Below are positions 31,256-32,000 of a stretch of DNA of 32,000 bases, piece after piece. The stretch is taken from positions 330,001 to 362,000 of the forward strand of contig NZ_CP010904.1 in assembly GCF_001017655.1 (NCBI RefSeq), written 5' to 3'. Position 1 is the stretch's first letter; each line of letters opens with the position of its first letter. The notes under the pieces were generated by a model, which searched no databases, was not told the origin of the DNA, and was given only the letters and a program-made list of their open reading frames with translations. The translations under genes and the position numbers were made by a program. Source of the DNA: Kiritimatiella glycovorans. GTDB lineage: Bacteria > Verrucomicrobiota > Kiritimatiellia > Kiritimatiellales > Kiritimatiellaceae.

Positions 31256-32000
31256 ATGGGTTATTCAATCAGGGATTCATGGAAACGCGCGGCGGGTCTG
31301 ATCCTGCTTGCGGGTGCGTTGCTCGGGGGTCTGCTGCTGGTGCGTACGGGGGTTGACGCCAGGGACGTGCTCGGCGAGGACGAGGTCGAGCTGCGTTTCG
31401 AGTCCTACTTCGCCTTCTCGCCCTCGGTGCGCGAGATGATCCGTGAGTTCGAGCATCTCTGCAGGAGGCGTCATGAGGCCACGGACGGCGAGTATCCCCT
31501 GTACAAGATCAGCGTCCAGCAGTCGGCCAATCGCGGCGAATCCGAGGATCCCACTCGTTTTGTGCTCAGCCTGATCGGCGGCGACCCGGCGGACGTGGTT
31601 TTTTTCGGCGATCATGTGATGGCGAAGTGGGCGTCGATCGACGCCTTCACGCCGCTCCGTCAGTACATGGAACGCGACCGCGAGGCGTGGGAGCGCTGGC
31701 AGGAGGAGAAGGAGCGCCGTGGTCGGGACGTCCTTCCCCCGTGGCCGGGCGCGGAGGCTGAAGCGCCTCGTGCGGAGGGGGCGCGGGCGCTGGCGGCGAT
31801 CGAACCCATTGACCGCGGGGACTATTTCGAGGCGTGCTGGCGGCAGGCCACCTACACCGACCCGAAGACCGGCGATGCGGACGTGTACGGGATTCCCTGC
31901 TGGGTGAACAGTCGTGCGCTGATCTACAACAAGGACATCCTGGTCCGCCACGGCTACACCAATGCGGCGGGCGAAGCGCGTCCGCCGCGCAACTGGGATG
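31256..32000 (+). CDS. ABC transporter extracellular solute-binding protein (family 1-like), 3' end outside window
   Basis: This ORF is not in the supplied track because it has no stop in the window. My own translation from ATG 31256 gives MGYSIRDSWKRAAGLILLAGALLGGLLLV...VELRFESYFAFSPSVREMIREFE...GGDPADVVFFGDHVMAKWASIDAFTPLRQYM...DVYGIPCWVNSRALIYNKDILVRHGY. That is an N-terminal anchor followed by typical sugar-SBP motifs. GGAGGG lies 11 nt upstream. Confidence 0.7.
   Translation, partial: MGYSIRDSWKRAAGLILLAGALLGGLLLVRTGVDARDVLGEDEVELRFESYFAFSPSVREMIREFEHLCRRRHEATDGEYPLYKISVQQSANRGESEDPTRFVLSLIGGDPADVVFFGDHVMAKWASIDAFTPLRQYMERDREAWERWQEEKERRGRDVLPPWPGAEAEAPRAEGARALAAIEPIDRGDYFEACWRQATYTDPKTGDADVYGIPCWVNSRALIYNKDILVRHGYTNAAGEARPPRNWD

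Noticed and set aside
31277-31951. 224-aa minus-strand ORF
   Set aside because: It is the shadow of the + strand solute-binding-protein gene (31256 onward), which shows clear SBP motifs and an N-terminal anchor. The + strand ORF is missing from the track only because it has no stop within the window.

Overview
High-GC (~65%) bacterial chromosomal segment. No rRNA, tRNA, CRISPR array, transposase or integrase was recognised. The lineage is probably PVC-superphylum-like (Kiritimatiellota, Lentisphaerota or Verrucomicrobiota). That is an inference from a prepilin-type 'GFTLIEML' protein inside a glycan locus, a histone-H1-like basic protein, and the sulfatase/CAZyme density. The left third (1-9.7 kb) is all on the + strand and is housekeeping: a LolA-like protein plus a putative outer-membrane barrel; a DUF302-trxA-sufC-sufB/D-like cluster with overlapping genes; a lysine-rich histone-like gene with its own promoter, 36-bp coding tandem repeats and a terminator; nrdR coupled to an unknown gene; lnt; a HAD hydrolase; and an orphan four-helix-bundle (Avd/23S-IVS family) gene. 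The right two-thirds (9.7-32 kb) is a glycan-degradation island. It holds five paralogous secreted right-handed beta-helix proteins in two minus-strand operons, one of them headed by a Tat-signal sulfatase. It also holds a 1333-aa GH106-like enzyme flanked by two URO-D-superfamily proteins, an AraC regulator, a secreted alpha-helical-repeat (toroid-like) protein translationally coupled to a pseudopilin-like protein, and the start of an ABC solute-binding protein. Intergenic regions carry GTAG-headed palindromic (REP/REPIN-like) repeats. The most interesting candidate is the beta-helix paralog family plus its accessory genes, as an uncharacterised sulfated-polysaccharide degradation system. All family assignments were made by eye from motifs and need HMM or structure confirmation.
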